NCBI GenBank assembly: GCA_937991965.1
Contig: CALKLP010000112.1
Location: 3,608 to 67,607, forward strand
DNA length: 64,000 nt
Reading direction: 5' to 3'
Source: an uncultured Verrucomicrobiales bacterium
GTDB taxonomy: Bacteria > Verrucomicrobiota > Verrucomicrobiia > Verrucomicrobiales > Akkermansiaceae
This document shows positions 27,038-36,452 of this stretch, one piece after another (positions within the stretch are counted from its first letter, which is position 1; each line of letters opens with the position of its first letter). Below the pieces are notes generated by a model. It was not told the DNA's origin. It saw only the letters and a program-made list of their open reading frames with translations, and did no database searches. The position numbers and the translations under genes were made by a program.

Positions 27038-28117
27038 TCAACCTAAGCTTTGGTAAACATCCTTGAGAAGTGTGACATGTGAACCTAGTTGAAACCGCTT
27101 CAAGTTTACTTCGCCCAGTTCTCGCAAGTCACGCCTCAAATTATTATCTGAAAATACTCTTTTAATCTGAGAAGCTAAGGCTAACGCATTATCCACCTCG
27201 TGGAATAGGGCTCCTTTCCCAGCGATTTCTGGAAGGCAGCTCGCATCTGAGCATATTAAGGGGATTCCAGCAGCTTGGGCCTCAATAATTGGTAACCCAA
27301 AGCCCTCGTAAGCGGAGGGGAAGCAAAACAAGTCACAAGCACCTAAAAGTTCTGAGACCTTAGAATGGGGTAGGTAGCCAAGCTCGATAAGGTAGCCATT
27401 TTTCTTTAAGGAGGAAACCAGATTGTTGAGGCGATCATCGTGAAATTCTAATTTTGCGCCCACTCGGATCAACTTCGCATTGAGGCCTTCTTTGGTGATT
27501 TTCCTTACCGCCTCCAGGAGCACTTTGATATTTTTTTTGGGGTCATTCGTCCCCACAGAGAGGATATAATGATCTGCTTGATATTTCCCTAGCCACTTTT
27601 CACGCCCTACTACCTTGTCATGACGGGTAAACTTATCCAAATCGATTTCATGATACCCCACGGAAATTTTATTTGCGGGAATATCTAAGAATTGCATTAA
27701 AAGATCTGCCACATTTTGTGAAACTGCTACTAAATGGTTCGCCTTCTTAAGTTTTAACATGCGCTTTTTCCAAGAGGATAGAGAATACCCTGATAGCTCA
27801 GGGTAAGCGAAATGTGTAAGGTCATGTACGGTTACTACTGATCGTTGATTTGACTGAATCAAGTGAGCATACCCATGGTCTAGGTGGTGTAATAGGGCGT
27901 CATCTCCAAGTTTCTTAACAGCTCTCGGGAGGTGCATATACTTGTAGTAATATTTGGCAAATTTATTCGATAAGGATGTCGGAATATTGAGTTCCTCATT
28001 ACGGTAAACATAGTCAGAGAAACCGAATTGCTGAAAGCCATTGATAACGATGTCACGATACACTTGCATCGATCGCCACCCTTCAAAATCACATGAGTTG
28101 ATTAAGTTAACAGTCAT
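27038..28117 (-). CDS. glycosyltransferase family 4
   Basis: 359 aa. FPSAYEGFGLPIIEAQAAGIPLI motif. Confidence 0.85.
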   Translation of the reverse strand: MTVNLINSCDFEGWRSMQVYRDIVINGFQQFGFSDYVYRNEELNIPTSLSNKFAKYYYKYMHLPRAVKKLGDDALLHHLDHGYAHLIQSNQRSVVTVHDLTHFAYPELSGYSLSSWKKRMLKLKKANHLVAVSQNVADLLMQFLDIPANKISVGYHEIDLDKFTRHDKVVGREKWLGKYQADHYILSVGTNDPKKNIKVLLEAVRKITKEGLNAKLIRVGAKLEFHDDRLNNLVSSLKKNGYLIELGYLPHSKVSELLGACDLFCFPSAYEGFGLPIIEAQAAGIPLICSDASCLPEIAGKGALFHEVDNALALASQIKRVFSDNNLRRDLRELGEVNLKRFQLGSHVTLLKDVYQSLG

Positions 28118-29199
28118 TAAGTGTTTCTGTTTTCCAGATAGTCATGGATACGCTTAGCCGAGCTAGCAGCAGAGTAATCCTCTGCAATTCGTAAGCTCTC
28201 AGCCATCATGCTTTTCAGTTTCTTTATGTCTCTAAACTTGCGGAGCATCTCGGCAGCCTCTTTTACATTCTCTGGATTAAAGGAGTAACCATTTACCCCT
28301 TCTTCTACCATCACGTGAGACCCCGCGTTTTTAGAAATAAAGAGCGCTAATCCTCTGGACGCAACTTCTTGCGTCACCGCGCCGTAAGTATCATAGCGCG
28401 AGGGCAATACAAAAACATCATGCTGATCAATGACTTCTCTCTGTCGCGCTCCCTCAAGGAAGCCCGCAGCCGTAACTTGTTCGCTTAACCCTCGTTGCTT
28501 GATTTCATCCTCAAGCCAAATCATTTCACCATCCCCAATTACAGTGAAGTGGAAGTCAAACTCTCCTCTTATCTCCTCAAGTATCGTGAGGAAGAGATCT
28601 AAGCCTTTACGAGGAATCACTTGACCTAGGAAAACAAGTCTCAATAAATCGGAATCAGGCTCTTTCAGTACTGAAGAGATTTGTGCATTCACCGCATGAA
28701 AGGCTCTAATCGTCTTACCACCAGGCACTAGATCACTCTTCATTGCGGCAGGCGAGTGCGCAATAACACACTCTGTTCTCGGACCTACCCACTTCCTGAC
28801 TACCTTTGAAACCGCAGACAAGAGATTAGTATTAGACTGTCCAATTTCAGTTGATATCATTGCTCTTCCTTTACTTCTCCATAAATATAGAAAAGCATGT
28901 AGATTAAAGAATCCAGTTTCATGAACAATAAGGTAATCCGGATTCTGCGCACGTATGATATTGGAATAGTTATGCACCGCTAAGTTTCCTACCTTATTTA
29001 CCTCTCTTACCTTCATCTCATGCACATCCACAAGATCTGCTTTAGGGATAACTAAGCTCTTCTCAAATCGATGACTCTTGTAGTGCTTCTCATGCTTATT
29101 TACGGTGATGTAGGTAACCTGGTAATATTGAGCCAATGATTCATAGAGCGCCTTATAATACACTGCTTGTGATTGGTTAATGATAACAATTTTCTTCAT
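28117..29199 (-). CDS. glycosyltransferase family 4
   Basis: 360 aa. LPSRYDTYGAVTQEVASRGLALF motif; GT-B architecture. Confidence 0.8.
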   Translation of the reverse strand: MKKIVIINQSQAVYYKALYESLAQYYQVTYITVNKHEKHYKSHRFEKSLVIPKADLVDVHEMKVREVNKVGNLAVHNYSNIIRAQNPDYLIVHETGFFNLHAFLYLWRSKGRAMISTEIGQSNTNLLSAVSKVVRKWVGPRTECVIAHSPAAMKSDLVPGGKTIRAFHAVNAQISSVLKEPDSDLLRLVFLGQVIPRKGLDLFLTILEEIRGEFDFHFTVIGDGEMIWLEDEIKQRGLSEQVTAAGFLEGARQREVIDQHDVFVLPSRYDTYGAVTQEVASRGLALFISKNAGSHVMVEEGVNGYSFNPENVKEAAEMLRKFRDIKKLKSMMAESLRIAEDYSAASSAKRIHDYLENRNT

Positions 29200-29203
29200 T
29201 AAT

Positions 29204-29866
29204 TTAGATCTCTCTATTTCTTAGAATTTCCTCTAGCAACCCATTATCTCGTAATGATTTCACCAAATTGTGCCCTCCGTAGTCAAAAACTTGAATATCC
29301 ACGCCCTTTACTTCTCTAACATTTTCAGCATGGAGCAAATCAAGCTTATCGGTTTTCGAAGCTATTACGGTAGCACTCCAACCGTCTACAGGAGTAATGC
29401 TCTTCAAATCCCAAATTTTCTCTTTACACCATCCTGTTAAGTATAATTTAAAAATCTGTTTGCCCCAACGTCGATCTTTATGCATGAGTCGCTTTCTAGG
29501 ATTGACAAATGTTTGAGGACTGAAGGCAATCGCTTTTGATTTTGGAATCATGCTAGAAAACAACAAAGCGGCAAACCCACCCATTGAATTACCTACCATA
29601 ATCACAGACTTGGCGTCATTATCATTAATAATAGATTCTAAGTGGTTTTTAGTTTCTGTTATGTTTGTTGACACTCCTGGCAGCCCCCTATGATACCATG
29701 CTTGGCGCAAATCCCTAATAAAAACACGACTATCAGAGAGAATGTTCGATGCTTTACTAAACTCGTATGGAGGCATCCCCATTCCTGCTGCAATGCCCCC
29801 AAAGATAAAGTAAATTTGACTCGAGCCTTCTACCAACTCAATTTTTATAGCTTCATTATTTTTCAC
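29204..29866 (-). CDS. alpha/beta-hydrolase-like protein
   Basis: 220 aa. Nucleophile-elbow motif VGNSMGGFAAL. No further family assignment possible. Confidence 0.5.
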   Translation of the reverse strand: MKNNEAIKIELVEGSSQIYFIFGGIAAGMGMPPYEFSKASNILSDSRVFIRDLRQAWYHRGLPGVSTNITETKNHLESIINDNDAKSVIMVGNSMGGFAALLFSSMIPKSKAIAFSPQTFVNPRKRLMHKDRRWGKQIFKLYLTGWCKEKIWDLKSITPVDGWSATVIASKTDKLDLLHAENVREVKGVDIQVFDYGGHNLVKSLRDNGLLEEILRNREI

Positions 29867-29903
29867 AAATACGATTAAAGATAACTTTCACCACAAGGCC
29901 AAT

Positions 29904-31433
29904 TTAGACTTTAGCCCGTTTAATTTTTTTGAAAACCATAATATAAACTTCAAAAATCATCTCCCTAACTTTTGAATTCGTTAAAAGATAGATTAAGCAA
30001 ATAATCACCGTAGCTAAAAGCGATAAAGCGACTTCGAGTATCTCAGAGTTTATCATCTTCTGTAAACTTTTGCTGAATAGGGGAATTATATACGTAACCA
30101 ACACGATTGGACTTACTATTGTAGTAATACTCCATACCAGATTTTGAAAGAATTTCTCCCGTAAGCTGCTAGATCTGTTTAGTATACAAATACTTGATAG
30201 GAAGACTTCTAGGACACTCAAGATTGCTAATAAAATAAGGTAACCTGTCAATCCGAAGCTACCAAGAGCGAGAGCGCCTAGACATACCAGACTAATAAGT
30301 TTCATTAAGTTAACGCCTAGCTTAATTCCTAATCTGGAAGCTGCGAGATCATAGTTGAATAATAGATTACAATGAGATCTAGGAAATCGAACAATAATTG
30401 CTAAGCTCACAAATGGTATAATCTTAGTTACCAGCTCTACATCTCTAAGCCATACACTATATAGTAAATTTGGTTTAAAGCTTATGAGGCAGATACCACA
30501 GATCAGAAGAGTGTTTGTTACCCACATAGACTTCTCCAAAAGCTTTAATTTACGCGTCTCATTTCCCTCTGCATCTAATTCTGCCAAACGAGGCATAACG
30601 ACATTCCCCACAGATGCAGAAAGGTTGCCTATCACAATGAATGGAACCATTAATAGCGTGAAATATCCGATGGAGGCGATGGATAAATACTGCCCTAAAA
30701 GCCATTTTTCTATAAAAGCTATTAGGGCTCCGACAAAGCCGACCAATACATTAATTGATCCTAACTTCCCTATTGAACTAAAGGTGTTTCTACTGATTCT
30801 AAATTGCAAAAACTCTCGTTTGATCGGGAGCCATACAAGAAGTGCTGATAGAATAGCAAAAACTATTTCTACTACAAGCAGGTTTTGAAAATAGCTAAGA
30901 GGGTTTCCATCAGTAACCAAAAGAGCGATATAACCTCCGACTGCGATACATATCTGCTTCCCATTAATAATTAGTGCTCTTATTAACCCATGCTGGCGTC
31001 CATTAATAACACCAACATAGCTACTAGTAAAACTCTGGAAACCAATCGAGAGAAAAAGGTATGTAAAACAGCTGACTGCAGCTTCATATGATAACTCTCC
31101 CAAGTCGGCCTTTCCAATCGCTATTTTGGCTAACCAAGGGCAAATTAGAATAATAATACAGAGAATGATAAGAGATAACCCTTCGTTCATTCGAATAACA
31201 GGATATTGAGGTTGGCCACTTGTTAATCTAACTGCAATATCACGAGTTACTACGGGTCGCATCGAGGTGCTCACCATAAACAAAACCTGAACCGTGGCTA
31301 CCCCAAGTGCTATCAATCCAAAGGCATCCTGCCCCATCAAAGGCAAGTAAAGCGGCAACATGATAAAACTCGATAATGAGGAAACCATGCGTGCCAAAAA
31401 TGCAATAGAAAGGTTTTTTTTTACAATGCTCAT
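29904..31433 (-). CDS. Wzx-type (MOP superfamily) oligosaccharide flippase
   Basis: 509 aa with about 12-14 hydrophobic helices and no soluble domain. Sits among GT genes. Assigned from architecture and context. Confidence 0.65.
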   Translation of the reverse strand: MSIVKKNLSIAFLARMVSSLSSFIMLPLYLPLMGQDAFGLIALGVATVQVLFMVSTSMRPVVTRDIAVRLTSGQPQYPVIRMNEGLSLIILCIIILICPWLAKIAIGKADLGELSYEAAVSCFTYLFLSIGFQSFTSSYVGVINGRQHGLIRALIINGKQICIAVGGYIALLVTDGNPLSYFQNLLVVEIVFAILSALLVWLPIKREFLQFRISRNTFSSIGKLGSINVLVGFVGALIAFIEKWLLGQYLSIASIGYFTLLMVPFIVIGNLSASVGNVVMPRLAELDAEGNETRKLKLLEKSMWVTNTLLICGICLISFKPNLLYSVWLRDVELVTKIIPFVSLAIIVRFPRSHCNLLFNYDLAASRLGIKLGVNLMKLISLVCLGALALGSFGLTGYLILLAILSVLEVFLSSICILNRSSSLREKFFQNLVWSITTIVSPIVLVTYIIPLFSKSLQKMINSEILEVALSLLATVIICLIYLLTNSKVREMIFEVYIMVFKKIKRAKV

Positions 31434-31440
31434 GCTTGGT

Positions 31441-32292
31441 TTAAATAGTTTTCACTATTTTTGTTAAGCTTTCTTTTATCTCATCTAGAAATTTATATTC
31501 TGGCTCTAGCATTAGCTTAACGGCATCAATTTGTTCTTGAGGAAACGTAGGTTTAGCTGCTTCCATTTTGTTCGAATGACTCGCTTTTAAGTCAATACAC
31601 AATCTCTTACTTAATTCTTCAATCCCAGTTTTATAATCATCTAAAAAAAGGATGTGATTCACTCTATTAATTGCATTTTTAGCTTCATCAATATTGAGCT
31701 TGCGGGAAAACATATACAGTTGGTTTAGTAGGAATCGTTTCTTCAGCGAATGAGCAAAGCTTAGTAAGTTCCCTGACTGTTCTGCACCTGGACCTAGCCA
31801 TGACATTTGAGCATTAATTTTATGTCTAATAGAGCCTGCCCCTCCACGCTTCCACCTTCTTTGGTTCATCCCATAGAGAGAAATAATACGCTCTAAAGGG
31901 TCTCTAAAACAGGTTATAGTAAATGTATTCTCGGGTAGCCGAACATAATGAGAAGGAAAATGAGAACAGGCAAAAAAATAATTTCCTTCTTCGATCAAAG
32001 GGTGATTAAATCGAACATACACTTTGTTTTCCGTAAAATATCTACGATTAGGCGAAGTGTTAATACCATCACTCACAACATGATGGTCATCACCATCAAT
32101 GCTGTAAAATGACCGCTTTAAGGACGATCCCGCAGCCTTTGGAATATGATGAAAGTAAACTCTCTTGTAACCGGTGGGCAATTCGTAACCTGAATTAAAG
32201 TAGTTTTGAGCCTTTTCATTTTCTTCAACGCTTTTGCGGAGTTGGAAGTTTTGGCTTAATCGCGCAAGATTGATTTTTATACTATCATTCAT
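31441..32292 (-). CDS. sulfotransferase family 2-like protein
   Basis: 283 aa. RVYFHHIPKAAGSSLKRSF PAPS-loop-like motif. Confidence 0.55.
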   Translation of the reverse strand: MNDSIKINLARLSQNFQLRKSVEENEKAQNYFNSGYELPTGYKRVYFHHIPKAAGSSLKRSFYSIDGDDHHVVSDGINTSPNRRYFTENKVYVRFNHPLIEEGNYFFACSHFPSHYVRLPENTFTITCFRDPLERIISLYGMNQRRWKRGGAGSIRHKINAQMSWLGPGAEQSGNLLSFAHSLKKRFLLNQLYMFSRKLNIDEAKNAINRVNHILFLDDYKTGIEELSKRLCIDLKASHSNKMEAAKPTFPQEQIDAVKLMLEPEYKFLDEIKESLTKIVKTI

Positions 32293-33088
32293 CTTTAAAT
32301 TGTTTAACTAAGGATCGGCTTACCAATTTTGCCGAGGGCAAGTTGAGGTGTATTTGATCAGTCAAACGTAATTGATCAGTATCAAAATCGTCCATTTTAA
32401 TGATCTGGTGCCCAAGATTCTTCAGATATTCCCCGATGTAGCGGTTCGGAACGGCTCTACTCGGAATTTCAATAAATACTACGCGGTTCGCACGGCTCTG
32501 TATTGTAATTCCTAGCTCCTTGAAATATGCTTTTTGTTCCTTGGTAAGAGGGACATCTTTATCCTCCAGAGGAGACTCAATGAGCCGTCCCGGGCTTCGG
32601 TTGTCATTCCAGCTCTTGAGACGGGTATAAAGCATGTCTGAAGGTCTATACTGGTAACTTAAGACCGGCGCAGTCGCCCTAAGATCTGCCTCCAAAGAGC
32701 TTTCATATTCGATCACTTCCGCGCCTTGGCTCGTGACCTCGTAACCAAGACCATTTAACTCAATCACTGCGATCTCAGTATGGAGACCACTGTTCATAAA
32801 CAGTTCAAGCGCGCTATTACCCCCGCCTCCATCCATTCCTAGGTTCAGTATTAAGCCGTTTTCTGGCGGAAAAAACCGAGGTAGAAGCCGGCCAATCATC
32901 GATGAGCCAAGTAAAGTTATATGAGCGTCCTCTCCTCGTTTTTTCGCACTCTTGAGCAGATCTATTCGCGCAAAGTTTGATTGTAATCCTGCCGCGCTGA
33001 AATCCGCCTTTAAACCAAGAGGCTGTGTGATCCCCCAATTCAGCACCACCACCGCTAAGGCAGTGAGTATCATAACAGCTATTTTCAC
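32285..33088 (-). CDS. membrane-anchored periplasmic protein, SGNH/DltD-like candidate partner of the MBOAT
   Basis: 267 aa. N-terminal anchor, ITLLGSSM (block-I-like Ser), LGMDGGG, and DQIHLN near the C-terminus (DxxH-like). Lies directly downstream of the MBOAT gene. Confidence 0.45.
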   Translation of the reverse strand: MKIAVMILTALAVVVLNWGITQPLGLKADFSAAGLQSNFARIDLLKSAKKRGEDAHITLLGSSMIGRLLPRFFPPENGLILNLGMDGGGGNSALELFMNSGLHTEIAVIELNGLGYEVTSQGAEVIEYESSLEADLRATAPVLSYQYRPSDMLYTRLKSWNDNRSPGRLIESPLEDKDVPLTKEQKAYFKELGITIQSRANRVVFIEIPSRAVPNRYIGEYLKNLGHQIIKMDDFDTDQLRLTDQIHLNLPSAKLVSRSLVKQFKDE

Positions 33089-33096
33089 GGTTTAAT

Positions 33097-34563
33097 TTAA
33101 AATTGAAAGTAAATGAAGGATCCAGCCGAACCATAGTTCAGAATAATACAGGCAAGGAGTATCCCCAAAAGTGGTACCTCGGCCCAACTCACTACACGAT
33201 AGTTCAGTAAACCTTGCTGATCGAAAGCGCGTTCTGGGGGAGATTTTAAAATTCCGTAGAAATGATGGATCACCACAGGTAAGCTGAAGAGCACTATCCC
33301 GAACAGAATATTAGGAGAAAAGGAAAGTGAGCCAGAGATAACCTCCTGCCAGTAGAGAAAAAAGCTCGAGAAATCAGGAAGAATGAAAAAGAGCCAAAGA
33401 ATCGTAACCATGGTAAAGACTACCAATCCCTGGAGGATTTTCAGAATCAGAGGAGAGTCTTGAGACGTTGGGAGGAATCCTCCTTTAATGAGTGCTCGTT
33501 CGCTTGCTAAAAGGAGTCCATGCGCCCCACCCCAGACTAAGTAATTCCATCCTGCACCATGCCATAAGCCACCGAGGAGCATGACAATAATAAGATTACG
33601 GTAGGTTAACCAAGTCCCCATTCTGTTTCCGCCTAATGGGAAATATAAGTATTCCTTGAGCCAACTCGAAAGTGAAATGTGCCAACGAGTCCAGAATTCT
33701 GAAAAGGATTGACTGATGTAGGGAAGGTTAAAATTACACGGAAAGCGGTAACCAAAGAGAGCCCCTAATCCCAGAGCGATTAATGAATATCCTGCAAAGT
33801 CCGCGTAAATTTGACAAGAATACCCGAAGAGAGCGAACAGTAAGTCAATCGGCTTCAGAGCCCCAAACTCATCATGACTGAGATACACGGTAAAGTCTTT
33901 CAAGTTATCGGCCACTACCATTTTTAAAAAAAAACCGATAATGAGGTAACGCACAGCGAGATTCCAATGAATCTCTCGCGGAGTTACTCGCTTGAATTGA
34001 GGTAAAAAATCGCGCGCTTTCACGATCGGACCTGCGACTAGTTGTGGAAAGAAGGCAATATAAGTGACCACTTCCAAGAGGCATCGCCCAAGAGATTGTT
34101 TGGCTAAGTGCGTTCTCAGTTCCTTCTCGCGATACACGTCAATAACGAGGGAAATACCTTGGAAAGTGAAGAATGATATTCCAATGGGAAGAATAATATT
34201 TCCCCAATCAATCCCCGCCCAGGAAGGGTTCTCTTGTCCGCTAATCGAAGTTGCGAGCAGACCTCCGTATTTAAAGAATGCCAGACACAGGAGGTTTCCA
34301 ATCACTCCGATAACCACAAGAGCTTTCTGTGGTGAGTCTTGTCGCGACAATACGCGAGCGATGAGAGCGTTAAAGATCGAAGACCCCAGGAGAAGTGGAA
34401 GTAAGATGGCCTGCCCCCAACCATAAAATACGATACTGGCCACAAGAATTACTGCTACTTGCATACTCCGCCCACATTTTAATTGGCTAAACGCCAAATA
34501 GAGAGCAAGTGCACATAGACACAGCAACATAAATTCTAGGCTATTAAAGAGCATATTGGTCAA
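33097..34563 (-). CDS. MBOAT-family membrane O-acyltransferase (AlgI/DltB/PatA-like)
   Basis: 488 aa. FWTRWHISLSSWLKEYLYFPLGGNR signature containing the catalytic His. Confidence 0.9.
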   Translation of the reverse strand: MTNMLFNSLEFMLLCLCALALYLAFSQLKCGRSMQVAVILVASIVFYGWGQAILLPLLLGSSIFNALIARVLSRQDSPQKALVVIGVIGNLLCLAFFKYGGLLATSISGQENPSWAGIDWGNIILPIGISFFTFQGISLVIDVYREKELRTHLAKQSLGRCLLEVVTYIAFFPQLVAGPIVKARDFLPQFKRVTPREIHWNLAVRYLIIGFFLKMVVADNLKDFTVYLSHDEFGALKPIDLLFALFGYSCQIYADFAGYSLIALGLGALFGYRFPCNFNLPYISQSFSEFWTRWHISLSSWLKEYLYFPLGGNRMGTWLTYRNLIIVMLLGGLWHGAGWNYLVWGGAHGLLLASERALIKGGFLPTSQDSPLILKILQGLVVFTMVTILWLFFILPDFSSFFLYWQEVISGSLSFSPNILFGIVLFSLPVVIHHFYGILKSPPERAFDQQGLLNYRVVSWAEVPLLGILLACIILNYGSAGSFIYFQF

Positions 34564-35728
34564 TTACCGCCTGATAATGAGCAGTCAGCGTTTCTGCATA
34601 GTGATCTTTAGGGATCGCTTCCCCCACCAAATCATGAAATTGGCCGAGACGCCCAGCTTTCCAATCCTCGATAAGCACCTGACTCATTCCAAGGGGCTCC
34701 CATGGAAGCCAGCGACCATTCTGGGGATCACTTAAGATCATCTCTGCGCCATAATGCTCCGTTAAATACAGCCGTAGTCCAAGAGCCCCAGCCTCAATTT
34801 CAGCAAGCGAGAAGGCCTCGAAATGTGACGGAAAAAGCAACGCTTCTGCTGCGGAGAGGTGTTGCTCAATATCGGTGACTAGTCCCGCATAGACGGTGAA
34901 ATCATCAGAGATTCGCTTACTAGCGACCTTTTTCCTGAAATCAGAGATCGTTTGCTCACTGCCTCCTAAAATAAGCATTCTAAAGGGCGCTCCTTCTCTG
35001 CGAGCTAATTCAACTGCCTCCATTGCTTGGAGGAGTCCCTTACGCTCAAAGTGCGCAAAGGCGGAAAAGGTAAAGACGATTTCTTCTGGTAGAAAACCGT
35101 AGCGGGCACGCATCGGTTCGCGGTATTGCTTCCTCACTTTTGGGCTGAAGCGATCAGGGTCATAAGCATTCGGTATGATTGCGAGATTACCAACCCCATG
35201 GCCAATTTCTCGGTGAATTTTCTCTCCCAATTTCCGACTCACTACCCACCAGTTTTTTGTGCTATTCGGAGTGTTGGATACGGATTGCTCCTCCTTAATC
35301 GCTTGGTTCACAAGTATACGACGTAAGAAACCGAGCTTCAGCGTGCCTTTCCTCTTCGCAACCTCTTCCGCAAACACGGTATTAGAAAAGTGCAGGAAGC
35401 GAATATTAGCCTTAACGGCATAGAAGCCACTGGTATGAACAATCGTATTTTCAGGAGGCCATGCCGCCGCCTTCTCGATTCGACTATCGACTTCACGCTT
35501 AAAGACCAGAGCCTGTAGCGCCCACGGATTCACCTTCTTAAAAGGTATCCAATGAACCTTTGGGTGATCGGCGACTTCGCATTGAGTTGCCCACACTTCA
35601 ATTTCACTAAAGAGGGGAGCAATAAACTCAAGAGAAGTAATCCAACTACGCATAGTCGGGCTCTCTGCTATTACATTAGGATCAATTATTAATAAGCGTG
35701 GCTTCATTATCTTTTTCACTGAGGGCAC
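34544..35728 (-). CDS. glycosyltransferase family 4
   Basis: 394 aa. FPSHFEAFSLAEIEAGALGLRLY motif. Confidence 0.75.
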   Translation of the reverse strand: MPSVKKIMKPRLLIIDPNVIAESPTMRSWITSLEFIAPLFSEIEVWATQCEVADHPKVHWIPFKKVNPWALQALVFKREVDSRIEKAAAWPPENTIVHTSGFYAVKANIRFLHFSNTVFAEEVAKRKGTLKLGFLRRILVNQAIKEEQSVSNTPNSTKNWWVVSRKLGEKIHREIGHGVGNLAIIPNAYDPDRFSPKVRKQYREPMRARYGFLPEEIVFTFSAFAHFERKGLLQAMEAVELARREGAPFRMLILGGSEQTISDFRKKVASKRISDDFTVYAGLVTDIEQHLSAAEALLFPSHFEAFSLAEIEAGALGLRLYLTEHYGAEMILSDPQNGRWLPWEPLGMSQVLIEDWKAGRLGQFHDLVGEAIPKDHYAETLTAHYQAVIDQYAL

Positions 35729-36438
35729 TCCAAATCATAAGATAGCAACGCAAAATCGCGTTTGTAATACTCTCTCACAAAATCAATTGTCTCCTGATCG
35801 TAATAATCCTTTGTTTTCGGTCTTTCACTCCCTTCGGGAATTGGCTTACCAGTTAGAGGGTCTTTATATAGCGAAACATGCTGTTGCGCTGGCAATCCTA
35901 TTTCCAACCCAATAGATTGGCAAAAGGCAGGAAGCTCTGAGGTTATATTTTCTAATTTTATGATTTTATCTACCATCAAATTGTCATCTTCATCAACTAT
36001 GTAATCACTCTGAGGAATAACGTGGTAATAGTTGTCATGACTTCCCAAATAGTTATTTTCTAAAATATTAGGGAAATAGTTTAAAACAAAGTCTCGGAAA
36101 GACCAATATTTGCTTTTTTTGTTAAAAAGGCGGTACCTAAATGAAGCGTGTCTTCCGTTGTAAGCAGAAACAAGTTTACTGTAGGGGTTTCTGACAAGTG
36201 TAAACTTTGTGTTTTGATCCCATTGCTGTTGTGTAATCCATCCCTTACTCACGTAATCACGAGCACGAAGATGCCCTTTACTCGGAGGCCCCTTCCAAGG
36301 GCGAAGATTAGGCCCTAAAATCAATCCGCGTAATTGATAGTGGTTATAACCCAGCTTCTTAAGTAAGTGCCATTCTACACTGGTTCCAGCAGTCTTGGGG
36401 ATATGAATGAAAATTAAATTATGCTTGTAACAGTGCAT
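35716..36438 (-). CDS. sulfotransferase family 2-like protein
   Basis: 240 aa. LIFIHIPKTAGTSVEWHL closely matches the Sulfotransfer_2 PAPS loop. Confidence 0.7.
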   Translation of the reverse strand: MHCYKHNLIFIHIPKTAGTSVEWHLLKKLGYNHYQLRGLILGPNLRPWKGPPSKGHLRARDYVSKGWITQQQWDQNTKFTLVRNPYSKLVSAYNGRHASFRYRLFNKKSKYWSFRDFVLNYFPNILENNYLGSHDNYYHVIPQSDYIVDEDDNLMVDKIIKLENITSELPAFCQSIGLEIGLPAQQHVSLYKDPLTGKPIPEGSERPKTKDYYDQETIDFVREYYKRDFALLSYDLECPQ

Positions 36439-36452
36439 ACAGTTTATAACTA

